IMG/VR virus record: IMGVR_UViG_3300022660_000050
Reading direction: 5' to 3' (one strand)
DNA: 64,000 nt
Source of the DNA: a virus
Lineage: Duplodnaviria; Heunggongvirae; Uroviricota; Caudoviricetes
Part shown: in pieces, positions 16,403 to 26,850 of the stretch
How the letters are laid out: every line of letters begins with the position of its first letter
How positions within the stretch are numbered: the first letter of the stretch is position 1
The notes under the pieces: model-generated
The model's database searches: none
What the model saw: only the letters and a program-made list of their open reading frames with translations
What the model was told of the DNA's origin: nothing
Program-made: the position numbers and the translations under genes

Positions 16403-16663
16403 ATGTTTATTGTTAGTGGCGGAAAAGGAACTGGAAAGACTAGAGCACTTCTTGAAAGAGCTTCTGCGGAAAACTGCATTGTTGTTTGTAAAGACCCTGA
16501 TGCAATGAGAGACAGGGCTCATAGATACGGAATTACGGGACTCGATATTGTAGGATATGGCGATATCTACCTTGCTGGCAAGCCTGTATATATTCACGAT
16601 ATTAATAAGTTTATCGAACATAATATGCCGGAGGCGAAGGGTTATACCTTGTGTATTGACTAA
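16403..16663 (+). CDS. small P-loop-containing protein
   Basis: SGGKGTGKT near N-terminus, only 86 aa. Confidence 0.55.
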   Translation: MFIVSGGKGTGKTRALLERASAENCIVVCKDPDAMRDRAHRYGITGLDIVGYGDIYLAGKPVYIHDINKFIEHNMPEAKGYTLCID

Positions 16664-16875
16664 TGGATAAGAAATTTCTTTATGGTGCTAGAGATACCTC
16701 GACAGGAAAGCTTGTTAATGATATAACAAATCCTGGACGTAAATTTTGGGAAACGCGTGGCAACTGTTTAAATGCTATTAATGCTTATAACAATAGAACT
16801 TCTTATTATGGCCGTCGAGAACACCACGGTACACTTGAGCTCGTTACTTTCGAGCTTGTTGAAGTTAAGGAGTAA
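16663..16875 (+). CDS. hypothetical protein
   Basis: TAATG-coupled. Confidence 0.6.
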   Translation: MDKKFLYGARDTSTGKLVNDITNPGRKFWETRGNCLNAINAYNNRTSYYGRREHHGTLELVTFELVEVKE

Positions 16876-16880
16876 AGGCA

Positions 16881-16954
16881 AAAGAAAGTTGGTTTTATAT
16901 AGCCAGCTTTCTTTTATTTTTATTGTATAATATTATGTTAGCTTTGCTAAATTA
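16881..16954 (+). promoter_or_regulatory. terminator plus tandem class-A and class-B promoter motifs ahead of pflB
   Basis: AAAGAAAGTTGG/CCAGCTTTCTTT hairpin, ATTGTATAATATTAT (16922), TGCTAAATTA (16945). Confidence 0.65.
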
Positions 16955-16988
16955 ATTACCCACAAAATTTATAAAGGAGGCTTTTATT

Positions 16989-19214
16989 ATGGAACATGTA
17001 AACTGGTCAGGCTTTGCCTCAGGGCCTTGGCAAAATAGCATAGACGTTCGTAATTTTATTCAAACTAATTATACTCCTTATGAAGGAGATAATAGCTTTC
17101 TTGCAGGACCGACCGCAAGAACTAAGTGGTTGATACAAATAATTCAAGAACTGCTTAAACTGGAAAGACAGAATGGCGGAGTTCTTGCGGTGGATACCGA
17201 AACTATTACTTCAATTACAGGTTTTCAGCCAGGCTATATTGATAAAGATAATGAGATTATTGTCGGACTTCAGACAGACAAGCCACTAAAAAGAGGTATT
17301 AACCCATATGGCGGAATGCGAATGGCTAGACAAGCTTGCGAAGCTTACGGTTATAAAGTAAGTGAAGAAATTGAAAACAAATTTAAAGACAGAATTACTC
17401 ATAATGACGGAGTATTTAGTGCTTATACTGACGAAATGCGAGCAGCGAGAAAGAGTCATATAATCACTGGACTTCCTGATGCTTACGGCCGAGGTCGTAT
17501 TATTGGAGATTATCGTCGTGTTGCTCTTTATGGAGTTGACAGACTCATTGAAGAGAAGGTAATTGATAAAAAGGCCCTCAACGGGAACTTTGACGCTGAT
17601 AAAGTGCGAGCTTCTGAAGAGCTCTCTCAGCAGATTAAGGCACTTAAATTGCTAAAAGAAATGGCAGCGGGATATGGTTATGATATCAGTGCACCAGCTT
17701 CTAACGCAAAAGAAGCAATTCAGTGGACTTACTTTGCTTATCTCGCTGCTATCAAAGAGCAAAACGGCGCTGCGATGTCTTTGGGACGCGTGAGCACTTT
17801 CTTTGACATTTATATTGAAAGAGATATTGCTAACGGAATTCTTACAGAAGAGTCTGCACAGGAGCTTATTGACGACTTTGTTATTAAGTTGAGACTCGCT
17901 AGACACCTCAGAACACCAGAGTATAATGAGCTCTTTGGCGGAGATCCAATGTGGATTACTGAAGCAATTGGCGGAATGGGAGAAGATGGAAGAACTTTAG
18001 TATCAAAAGGTAGCTTCCGTATACTTAATACTCTTTATAATCTTGGCCCGGCTCCAGAACCTAACTTAACAGTTCTTTGGTCTGAGGAACTTCCAGAAGA
18101 TTTTAAGAGATTTTGTGCTAAAGTTTCTATTGATACCGATTCAATTCAGTATGAAAATGATGATATCATGCGTCCTATTTATGGTGATGACTATGCTATC
18201 GCTTGCTGTGTTTCTGCTATGAAAGTAGGTAAGCAAATGCAATTCTTCGGAGCTCGTTGTAATCTCGCAAAATTACTCTTAGTTGCTATCAATGGCGGCT
18301 ATGATACTACAAGTGGAATTCATATTGGTCCTCAGATGCCCGTTATGGACACTGAAAAACTTGACTACCTTGAAGTCGTTGATCGGTTTAAGACTTATAT
18401 GAAGTGGCTCTGTAATCTTTACGTAAATACAATGAATGTAATTCATTATATGCATGATAAGTATTGTTATGAGAAAATTCAAATGGCTCTTCACGATACA
18501 GACGTTCATCGTTTTATGGCTTTTGGAATAGCCGGACTTTCTGTAGTTGCTGATTCACTTAGTGCTATTTACTATGCAAATGTTAAGCCAATTAAGGATG
18601 AAAATGGTTTTATAGTTGATTTTGAGACTACCGGTGACTTTCCTAAATACGGAAATGATGATAACCGCGTAGATAATATTGCTAAGGCTTTGTGTCATAG
18701 GATGATAGAGGAGCTCAGGGAAACGCCTGCCTACAGAAACGCAGAGCACACACTTTCTATACTTACTATTACTTCAAACGTAATGTATGGCAAAAATACC
18801 GGAGCTACCCCGGACGGTAGACCCGCTTTCACGCCTTTTGCACCTGGAGCAAATCCTATGCACAATCGCGAAAGAAACGGAGCTCTTGCTTCTCTTAATT
18901 CAGTCGCAAAACTTTCTTATGATGACTGTCGTGATGGTATTTCTAATACTTTTTCTATAATTCCGCAGATGCTTGGAAACAGCGAAGAAGCGCAAATTAA
19001 TAACTTGGTTGCAATTCTCGGTGGTTACTTTGCTCAAAAAGCACATCATATCAATGTAAATGTAATGAATCGTGAAACTTTGATGAAGGCATATGAGAAT
19101 CCTGAGGAGTATCCAAATCTTACTATCAGAGTTTCTGGCTATGCTGTTAAATTCTATACACTTTCTAGAGAGCAGCAAAGAGAAGTTATTAGTCGAACTT
19201 TCCATGAAATTTAA
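16989..19214 (+). CDS. pflB: pyruvate formate-lyase (formate C-acetyltransferase)
   Basis: 741 aa; IACCVS catalytic Cys pair, [17 protein letters not shown], glycyl-radical IRVSGYAV. Confidence 0.96.
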   Translation: MEHVNWSGFASGPWQNSIDVRNFIQTNYTPYEGDNSFLAGPTARTKWLIQIIQELLKLERQNGGVLAVDTETITSITGFQPGYIDKDNEIIVGLQTDKPLKRGINPYGGMRMARQACEAYGYKVSEEIENKFKDRITHNDGVFSAYTDEMRAARKSHIITGLPDAYGRGRIIGDYRRVALYGVDRLIEEKVIDKKALNGNFDADKVRASEELSQQIKALKLLKEMAAGYGYDISAPASNAKEAIQWTYFAYLAAIKEQNGAAMSLGRVSTFFDIYIERDIANGILTEESAQELIDDFVIKLRLARHLRTPEYNELFGGDPMWITEAIGGMGEDGRTLVSKGSFRILNTLYNLGPAPEPNLTVLWSEELPEDFKRFCAKVSIDTDSIQYENDDIMRPIYGDDYAIACCVSAMKVGKQMQFFGARCNLAKLLLVAINGGYDTTSGIHIGPQMPVMDTEKLDYLEVVDRFKTYMKWLCNLYVNTMNVIHYMHDKYCYEKIQMALHDTDVHRFMAFGIAGLSVVADSLSAIYYANVKPIKDENGFIVDFETTGDFPKYGNDDNRVDNIAKALCHRMIEELRETPAYRNAEHTLSILTITSNVMYGKNTGATPDGRPAFTPFAPGANPMHNRERNGALASLNSVAKLSYDDCRDGISNTFSIIPQMLGNSEEAQINNLVAILGGYFAQKAHHINVNVMNRETLMKAYENPEEYPNLTIRVSGYAVKFYTLSREQQREVISRTFHEI

Positions 19215-19222
19215 TAATTAAT

Positions 19223-19269
19223 AATATAAAGTTAAACTGTATAATATAAATATGGTTTAACTTTATATT
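19223..19269. repeat. perfect 15-bp inverted repeat with class-A promoter motif in its 17-nt loop
   Basis: AATATAAAGTTAAAC / GTTTAACTTTATATT around TGTATAATATAAATATG. Confidence 0.8.
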
Positions 19270-19284
19270 TTTATTAAATCTATT

Positions 19285-19294
19285 TGCTAAATTA
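19285..19294 (+). promoter_or_regulatory. class-B motif ahead of baseplate operon
   Basis: TGCTAAATTA 38 nt before start 19332. Confidence 0.6.
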
Positions 19295-19331
19295 TTTGAT
19301 AACGTAGTTTATTTAAGTAGGAGGTGTCGGT

Positions 19332-19979
19332 TTGATTACTAAAGCTATAGTACAGTCGATTAATAGCACAGGTGACCGTTGTATGGTAAGAATACCATTA
19401 TTTGAATCAGCGGGTAATAATAGTATAGTAGAAACAACTGCGCTTGTTAATATTACACCAGGTGTTTATAATGGCTTAACTGCTGGTGATATAGTATTTA
19501 TTGGCTTTGAGGAAAATGCGATTGAACGGCCAATCATCTTAGGTAAGCTATTTAGAGGAGGCCAATTTGAGGCTAGTACACGCGGTGGTGGCGGAAACTT
19601 TAACTCATTAAAAGTGAACTCTGATGCCACCTTACCAGCAACTACTTTATTTAAATATTCAACTGGAAACCAGGATGTCTATAAAAATTTTACTACTCCA
19701 AAAGATATTGCTGATTATATTTTATGGTTGGAGCGTCTTACAAAAAATTCAAGAAAGCAATTAGACGATAACTTTAGATGTTTTAAGAACTGGACACAGT
19801 GGCAATTTAAAGCTGAAAATGTTGAAATAGACGATGGGGACCTCGATGTCGGTCCGTCTACTACGCCTTTCTTGTATCAAAATGAACATGAACAGTGCGA
19901 TGTTTGTGGTGAGAACTGCTCAAAGAAGTTGCGCAGTTATCCAGAAGTTTTATTAGATAAAACTTATCCAAATAATTAA
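19332..19979 (+). CDS. baseplate hub/spike protein (gp5/gpV N-terminal OB-fold-like)
   Basis: CMVRIP...GDIVFIGFEENAIERPIILG pattern; first gene of baseplate cluster. Confidence 0.6.
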   Translation: MITKAIVQSINSTGDRCMVRIPLFESAGNNSIVETTALVNITPGVYNGLTAGDIVFIGFEENAIERPIILGKLFRGGQFEASTRGGGGNFNSLKVNSDATLPATTLFKYSTGNQDVYKNFTTPKDIADYILWLERLTKNSRKQLDDNFRCFKNWTQWQFKAENVEIDDGDLDVGPSTTPFLYQNEHEQCDVCGENCSKKLRSYPEVLLDKTYPNN

Positions 19980-19993
19980 AATAGGAGCTTAAC

Positions 19994-20386
19994 ATGCGTT
20001 CATATAAATTTCCAAAAATGTTTAATTCAAATAGCTCGCAAGTATGGCGAGAAGATGAATACGGTAAGGCAACTAGACAGAATGCCGTCCTACTCCTGCA
20101 GTCAGAGCGTGGAGAATTTGAGTGTGATCCTTATTTCGGTATTTTGCTAAAACATTATATGTTTAATCAAAATAGCTATATTTTAAAGGATATGCTAATT
20201 GATACAATTTATACTCAAATAGCAATCTTTTTACCACAGATTAAAATTTCTAGAAATTCTATCGATATTATATCAGATATACAACGAGGTAAACTTTACT
20301 GCCGTTTTTCTGGAATAAACCAAATTGACTATACACATAATACATTTAATTTACTATTGTTTGATGAATCTCGTCAAATAGCATAA
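19994..20386 (+). CDS. baseplate wedge protein, gp25-like
   Basis: LLLQSERGEFECDPYFGILL motif, 130 aa. Confidence 0.75.
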   Translation: MRSYKFPKMFNSNSSQVWREDEYGKATRQNAVLLLQSERGEFECDPYFGILLKHYMFNQNSYILKDMLIDTIYTQIAIFLPQIKISRNSIDIISDIQRGKLYCRFSGINQIDYTHNTFNLLLFDESRQIA

Positions 20387-20403
20387 AGAAAGGGAAAATA
20401 AAG

Positions 20404-23400
20404 ATGCTTACAAAAAACGAAGTTGCAGCCTTAAACTTATCCCCAACAAAAAAGGATTTCGTTCAGATTTGGAATGAGTTGCTTGATGTAGCCGGAAAGC
20501 TTTCTGAACGCTGGGATCCCACCAGCACAAATGAGAGTGACCCTGGTATTGTAATTCTTAAAGCACTTACTGGTATTGCCGATAAGCTTAACTACAATAT
20601 CGATAAGAATACTCTTGAAGCATTTATGCCAACTGCAGCACAGGAAGACTCTATGCGTAAGTTGTGTGATATGCTTGGTTATAATGTCAAGTATTATCGT
20701 TCAGCAGAAACAGATGTCACTATCAGATATCATAAGTTAGAAGACGATGCTGAGGATGGTTTTTGGGAAATTCCAAAATTTACGGTAATTACAAATGCTG
20801 ATAAGGACGTTAGTTATTTTACTACTAATCAAAAGCCTTATTATATTTCTACCATTTCTCCTTACATAACAATTAAGTGTATGGAAGGTCAGGTTGTTAA
20901 GTGCGAAAGTATTACTGATAATAATGTAATCACCGCAGAGCATATCTCTGAAAATAATAGATTTTATTTACCAGAAGCACAAATAGCTGAAAATGGTATT
21001 TTTGTTTATAACGTTTATAGTAAAGGTGAAACTTTGTGTGACGGTACGCACTGGGAGAGAGTTGATAACTTAAATATTCAAGCTCGTGGATCTCGTGTGT
21101 TTAAATTTGGTTATGATTCCTATGAGAGCCGCCCATACATTGAATTTCCTGCTGACTATAGTGACTTGATAAATGAAGGTCTATTTATTTATTATACAAG
21201 AACAAGTGGTGCTGGTGGAAATGTTTCACCAAGAACCCTGACTAATCTTGAGATACCAAGCACCTGGGAGGGCGTAGCATCAGAGAACTTTAATGTTGAG
21301 AATACCTTTGCGGCAACCACTGGTGCAAATATTGAAACAATTAAGCAGGCCTATAATAACTTTAAAAAGACTATAGGTACTTTTGAAACTCTTGTTACTT
21401 GCAGAGACTACATGAACAAGATTTATACCCTTACTGACAGTAATGGTAAGGCTATTGTTTCTAATGCACTTGTTACTGATATTCGTAATGACTTAAATAG
21501 AGCTATTACACTTTGTAGCTGCGATACTAATGGTATTTTCTATAAAGATACTCCTTTAACTACAACAGAAACAAGAATTCTTAAACTAAAAAATTCTGAT
21601 GAGACTGTGGAAGTAGAAGATACGACTCCGGCAATCAATTACTTTGACCTTGTTTTGTACCCATTTAAATCATATTCTCAGATTAAAAACAATGTAAAAG
21701 ATATACAAAAAGTCTATGATGACTCATTTACTTATAGTGCAAAAAGTTTTACTGCAGTAGAAACTCAGATTAATAGTCTTAATATTAAAACTATCGCGCA
21801 TAATATTATTCCTCCTCGTGTAGGTGATGTTGTTAGTATCAATAACTATCTAAGACTGAGTGCTATGATAGGTACTACGGTTAAAGTTACAGTAGAAGAA
21901 GGAGAGATTCTAAAAGAAATTATTAAAATAGCTCTTGCTAATGCTTTTAATATGCGTGAGCTTGACTTTGGTGAAGAAATTCCTTTTGAAAGTATTGTAG
22001 AAGTTATTGAAAATGCCGACCCAAGAATTAAAATAGTATCTTTAAGTGAACCTGCCCTATACACAACTTATTCTGTTTTTGAGAGCATTGACGAGTTAGA
22101 CGGTACAGCTCAAATTAAGGAATACGCTGTTGCTTCTAAGTGGTTCGAAGCTGATGAGGCTGCAGTAACAGGCCGTTTTGAAATGGCAAAAGATGAGGAA
22201 GGTAACTATATTAGTAAATACTTTAATTCCGAGGATGCTAAAAAGATTTATAATAAATTAGCTCTCCGTAATGTACTTGCTGGTAGAGTACCATTATTTA
22301 ACTATAATACTACTTTTGATTCAAGCTTTTCTGAAGGAGCTTATAGAGTTACTACTTCAAAGAAAAAGAAGAATGAAAGTGACCCAATCGAAAGTGAACC
22401 ACTTACTCTCGGCGATATGCCAGAAGGCTTTGATGAGCCTACTGCCGATAATCCATTTGTAATTAAAATAGATGATAAGGGTATTATATATACAGGTCAG
22501 TATCAAGGAACTAATGAACCTGAAGTCGATACAGATGTGAACCCGGATACAGAACCTGCACCAATTATTTATACAAAAACTTATGTGCCAGATACTTATA
22601 GCAACGGAGTTATTATCAGTAATGCTGACAATAAGATTACAGAGATAACTACAAGCTGTAAAGTAAACGCTTCTGAAACATTTAATGACGTGACCGGTAC
22701 CAGTTATCAGGTATCAGATGTTGAACTCTCAACTGGAGAGTTTATTAGATTTAGAGCTAAGAACTTTATAACTACTAAAACTTATCCTGCCTATGTTAAC
22801 TATCACCTAGCCCTACAGAATAGTACGGTTAGTGAGGCAGAAGCAGCTGAAGCTAAGTCATTATCTTCAATCCTATCAGATAACAAGGAAAACTGGCAAA
22901 AGGTATTTGATTATTTTAATGGTACTACTAGAACAATTACATTAACTCAAAAAGTTATATATGATCCAGAGACTGAGAGCACCACGGCTGATACCCCTAT
23001 GGAAGATGTCGATAATCCTGGAGTAGACCCAGAATACTCTTTTGCAGAAATACTTATGCAAAGCGGTTGTATAAAGCTATCACACGGCGGCGTGCCTGAA
23101 ATTGGTCTTTGTAGTGAAGCTGGTACTGAAGCCGAAACAGCTCCTGGCAATATCAATGTAAATAACTTTAAAATTAAGTTTACAAATGGCTCTGACTATA
23201 TTTTTACCGCAGGTACTTTTACAGACATAAAAGATAAAGTTAATACTTATATTATAGCTAATGCTGAGGATTTTAAAGCCGTAGGAGCTGACTGCTATAT
23301 AAAGTATACTTTCGAGTATGTGCCTTTTGCGCATGAGACTCTGCCAAAGTGGAATGATTTTATTAAAAACGACTCACTGGCAATTTCGCCCGTCTCTGAG

Positions 23401-25437
23401 CATGGAAATTACTTATTCCGCGCTTATGGTGATGGTTATACACCTGGTAGAGGTGTTATGGCAAATACTTCTAAGCTTATCAGTTTTACAAGCAGTTATT
23501 TTGGACTGTTAGATAACTATCCTACCAGACTTCACGGTATTTATGTAGCAACAAACCTTGGAGTAGACGCTAAAGCTAATACTATCAGCGATAATACTGA
23601 GTACATGCTTCGTACTGGTGAACGCTTATACATAGAATATACACCTTCCTCTACTGCTGAAGACGGCTCTACTAAAACCGGTGACGCAGTTCAAGAAATT
23701 TATGAAGCTGGTACTATTATCAGACCTCTTGGTTTTGAGGCTGGTTTGATGGATTCTACTGCTTACGCGGAATCACATACCCCATTTAAGGAGGTAGTAT
23801 TCAACGAAACAAATAGAATCGGTATGCACAGCCTAGGCACGAATGAGCAGATTGAGATTAGAGATTTTGCAAAAGTAACCCTAAATGAAGAAACTTTTAA
23901 AACGTCACCTGTTGTGTACGTTTATAAAAACTTTGAGTGTGGTGAGCTTGAAAAGGCAGAATATAATGGTGGACTAAGAGTAAATAATTCTTATACGCTA
24001 AAAGACGGCGAGTATGTTTTCTATACTGATGAAAATAAAGCAGAGTATGCTTGCTTTACTTCAGGTACTGAAATTGTATTAAAAGGTAATACTAAGATTC
24101 CTCAAAAAGATATTATTGATATCGCTACAATTCTTGACAATGGTCCTCAAGATATTCCTTGGACGCCGCTTCGCTTATCTGGAAATGACAGTATTGAGCT
24201 TGTTGAGTACCAGTACATTACGCTGGGCCCTGGAGATACTTTAAAAAATCTTACTATTGTTGGGTCAAAAGATAGCCGTGATAACTACTTAAGTTCGAAG
24301 TGGCAGTACTGTGATAATGTTAAGTATCTACCTGCAGGTGCAGAAGATCCTGTTAGTTTAGCGCCTATTAGTATTTATGATGATGATTCTGCTGGTAATG
24401 GCTGGGAAGTATGCAGCATTTTAGAGTTAAATGTGTCCCCAAATAATCCTCAGACATTACGTAAAACTGATAAAGTTACGACAAGCGTAACCCTTAAGGC
24501 CGCCAATACAACAGAAGAAACGGTACTTGAGCCAAAAGAAGGTTATCCTATTTCATTTAAGACAAATTTAGCTTGTCAAACCAGCGGCAGCTCGATTAAA
24601 CTATCAGACTTGTATAATAATCCAAATAACTTAGATCATTTTGAAGTTAAGGTATTTGCGGATAATGCTCCGTCTGTTATAAAAACAAAACCTGGAACTG
24701 TTATACCTTACTTGGAGACCGCTGGACCTGTTGATATGGCAAAACTGCCTGCTTCTATTGAGACGCTTGTTACTACTTATAATAAGCTATGGAGTGCTGT
24801 TGGGCTTAAGGCATTAGCAACTAGTACGGATGACTATGAAAATGCTATAAAGTTTTCTGTAGTGACTTTGCCTAATACCTATGGTATTTTCAGTATTTAC
24901 CTAGAAAATAGTAGTAATGCTAATACTTGGATAGAGCTATTACCAGGTGCAAGCCTAGACAATATCGAGTTACTAAACACATCAAAAACTGTAGAGGGTA
25001 ATAAGATAATGCTCAAAGCTGGATTAAATTGCATAAAGATTGCTTCTACTTGTGATTTATTCATAAAAACCGATAGCAGCTCACAGGGCACTCTTTGCTT
25101 TGATAACCTGCGTCTTATTGACGTGACAGACGATAATTCTATGGGATTAAATATTAAGCAAATAGGTTATTTTGCTATTGAGGAGTCTTCTGGCGAGTCC
25201 CAGCTACTAACTGATATTCGTGCTATTGACAAGGATGGTGAGTTTTATTATAACGTACCAGTTGAGTCTAGCATTGCAATTGATTTTGATGAAAGCTCTG
25301 TTACGCCTGATACGCTATTAAATCCGTTTATTAGCTATGATATTAATAATATAAATAACAACTTTGTTATTTCAAAACTTGATATTAATCAGCTTTCTAA
25401 CGGTTTACAGATTGCTCGTTCGTCTCGTATTAGCTAA
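20404..25437 (+). CDS. large baseplate wedge protein (T4 gp6/baseplate J-like N-terminus with long C-terminal extension)
   Basis: DFVQIWNELL...ESDPGIVIL...AFMPTAAQEDSMRKLCDMLGY; later ETIKQA...LVTCRDY. Confidence 0.78.
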   Translation: MLTKNEVAALNLSPTKKDFVQIWNELLDVAGKLSERWDPTSTNESDPGIVILKALTGIADKLNYNIDKNTLEAFMPTAAQEDSMRKLCDMLGYNVKYYRSAETDVTIRYHKLEDDAEDGFWEIPKFTVITNADKDVSYFTTNQKPYYISTISPYITIKCMEGQVVKCESITDNNVITAEHISENNRFYLPEAQIAENGIFVYNVYSKGETLCDGTHWERVDNLNIQARGSRVFKFGYDSYESRPYIEFPADYSDLINEGLFIYYTRTSGAGGNVSPRTLTNLEIPSTWEGVASENFNVENTFAATTGANIETIKQAYNNFKKTIGTFETLVTCRDYMNKIYTLTDSNGKAIVSNALVTDIRNDLNRAITLCSCDTNGIFYKDTPLTTTETRILKLKNSDETVEVEDTTPAINYFDLVLYPFKSYSQIKNNVKDIQKVYDDSFTYSAKSFTAVETQINSLNIKTIAHNIIPPRVGDVVSINNYLRLSAMIGTTVKVTVEEGEILKEIIKIALANAFNMRELDFGEEIPFESIVEVIENADPRIKIVSLSEPALYTTYSVFESIDELDGTAQIKEYAVASKWFEADEAAVTGRFEMAKDEEGNYISKYFNSEDAKKIYNKLALRNVLAGRVPLFNYNTTFDSSFSEGAYRVTTSKKKKNESDPIESEPLTLGDMPEGFDEPTADNPFVIKIDDKGIIYTGQYQGTNEPEVDTDVNPDTEPAPIIYTKTYVPDTYSNGVIISNADNKITEITTSCKVNASETFNDVTGTSYQVSDVELSTGEFIRFRAKNFITTKTYPAYVNYHLALQNSTVSEAEAAEAKSLSSILSDNKENWQKVFDYFNGTTRTITLTQKVIYDPETESTTADTPMEDVDNPGVDPEYSFAEILMQSGCIKLSHGGVPEIGLCSEAGTEAETAPGNINVNNFKIKFTNGSDYIFTAGTFTDIKDKVNTYIIANAEDFKAVGADCYIKYTFEYVPFAHETLPKWNDFIKNDSLAISPVSEHGNYLFRAYGDGYTPGRGVMANTSKLISFTSSYFGLLDNYPTRLHGIYVATNLGVDAKANTISDNTEYMLRTGERLYIEYTPSSTAEDGSTKTGDAVQEIYEAGTIIRPLGFEAGLMDSTAYAESHTPFKEVVFNETNRIGMHSLGTNEQIEIRDFAKVTLNEETFKTSPVVYVYKNFECGELEKAEYNGGLRVNNSYTLKDGEYVFYTDENKAEYACFTSGTEIVLKGNTKIPQKDIIDIATILDNGPQDIPWTPLRLSGNDSIELVEYQYITLGPGDTLKNLTIVGSKDSRDNYLSSKWQYCDNVKYLPAGAEDPVSLAPISIYDDDSAGNGWEVCSILELNVSPNNPQTLRKTDKVTTSVTLKAANTTEETVLEPKEGYPISFKTNLACQTSGSSIKLSDLYNNPNNLDHFEVKVFADNAPSVIKTKPGTVIPYLETAGPVDMAKLPASIETLVTTYNKLWSAVGLKALATSTDDYENAIKFSVVTLPNTYGIFSIYLENSSNANTWIELLPGASLDNIELLNTSKTVEGNKIMLKAGLNCIKIASTCDLFIKTDSSSQGTLCFDNLRLIDVTDDNSMGLNIKQIGYFAIEESSGESQLLTDIRAIDKDGEFYYNVPVESSIAIDFDESSVTPDTLLNPFISYDINNINNNFVISKLDINQLSNGLQIARSSRIS

Positions 25438-25448
25438 GGAGGTTTGGC

Positions 25449-26222
25449 ATGATTAATTTTTATAATCAAGTTCCTTCTGTGTACACCAGTGCATCAAGAG
25501 ACTTTCAGTATTTGAGTTGGCTAATTAACATTGTGCTTAATTATGTTAAGCACAATGTTGACAGCCTGTATAATTTACCTGCCACAAGTGCAAATCCAAA
25601 GTTAACAGAATTGCTTGCTGCTACGCTTGGTTTTAAAGTAAAGCGTAACTACGATCAAAAACAGCTTGCTGCACTAGTTGCAGTGCTGCCAATAATTATA
25701 CGTTATAAAGGTACAAAAACTGCAGTAGATACCGCTGGTAATGCGATGATCGCAGCTGTTGGTTCATCTGGTACTTTTTTGAGTACCTTTTCTGACGGTG
25801 TGCTAGAAGTGTGCCTTCCTGAAAAACTTATAGATGTAACACTATTTACTGACCTGCTTCCTTATATTGTGCCTGCGGGAATTACCTGTCGTATATTAAA
25901 TACCAATATTGTATCAAAAGGATATACTACTGAAGTTCGTTATTCTGACAAACTTACTGCAGAGTTTTATCCAGATATTACCTGGGATAGTAAAAGTCAT
26001 GCTATTACTGGTATATCTGCTATGTACGAAGAGCCTGGTGCAAACTTTGTTAACGCAGAGCCTAGTTTTGCTAACTACTTTACAGACGGTGATACTAATA
26101 CACTAAATATTGGCTTGCTAGATAATAATATTATTCCCACTTTGGATGAAGCTGTAGCAGATCCTGACTCAAATTACGAGGCTATTACGGCCTCTAGCGG
26201 TGATACTGATACCGAAGAATAA
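25449..26222 (+). CDS. baseplate/tail protein (P2 gpI/gp7-like)
   Basis: LTELLAATLGF...IIRYKGTKTAV...PAGI pattern, position after wedge gene. Confidence 0.6.
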   Translation: MINFYNQVPSVYTSASRDFQYLSWLINIVLNYVKHNVDSLYNLPATSANPKLTELLAATLGFKVKRNYDQKQLAALVAVLPIIIRYKGTKTAVDTAGNAMIAAVGSSGTFLSTFSDGVLEVCLPEKLIDVTLFTDLLPYIVPAGITCRILNTNIVSKGYTTEVRYSDKLTAEFYPDITWDSKSHAITGISAMYEEPGANFVNAEPSFANYFTDGDTNTLNIGLLDNNIIPTLDEAVADPDSNYEAITASSGDTDTEE

Positions 26223-26239
26223 ATCAATATATTAAAACG

Positions 26240-26280
26240 CTAACTACCTATAATAAAAATAAAAGATTATAGGTAGTTAG
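26240..26280. repeat. perfect 15-bp inverted repeat inside structural operon
   Basis: CTAACTACCTATAAT / ATTATAGGTAGTTAG; no T-run. Confidence 0.75.
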
Positions 26281-26314
26281 TGATAGTTATGGTATATACA
26301 AGGAGAAAATTTTT

Positions 26315-26833
26315 ATGAAAAATACCGCAATAAATACACTCGCCTATACTGGTGTAGTGACATTATCACAGTACATAGGCCAAAAAAAGTATAAAGTTGC
26401 TACGCTTCATAATGAAGGCGGCAACTCACTATTTAATTTTCTAGCAGATTGCTTAGTAGGAGATTTTACCATTGCTAGGTCAAATAAACCAAGTAAAATT
26501 ATGCTAATATCTCGTACTGCAAACGGTTCAGGTGATTATACTTATACAAGTGCCTCCGGTTTTATCTTTTTGCTAACAGACCCAGAAAAGGTATATGATG
26601 TTGCAAGTTCTGGTTTAAATTGTAGAGTTCGTTATAGTTTTATTATACCGCAAGATATGATTGAGGGTATAAGTTTAGATAATCTTGGTATAGGATTATA
26701 CTCATATTCCGAAACCGCTCCAGAGGCTTTTGCAGCTTATTGTGAGTTAGGTGTAACTACAAACAGCTTGATCAATACTGCTCTTGTAGTAGACTGGGAA
26801 CTAATTATTTCTAACAGCTCTGTACAAGAATAA
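26315..26833 (+). CDS. putative virion structural protein
   Basis: Beta-rich, in baseplate cluster, AAGGAG RBS. Confidence 0.5.
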   Translation: MKNTAINTLAYTGVVTLSQYIGQKKYKVATLHNEGGNSLFNFLADCLVGDFTIARSNKPSKIMLISRTANGSGDYTYTSASGFIFLLTDPEKVYDVASSGLNCRVRYSFIIPQDMIEGISLDNLGIGLYSYSETAPEAFAAYCELGVTTNSLINTALVVDWELIISNSSVQE

Positions 26834-26850
26834 ATTAAAGGAGACTTCTC

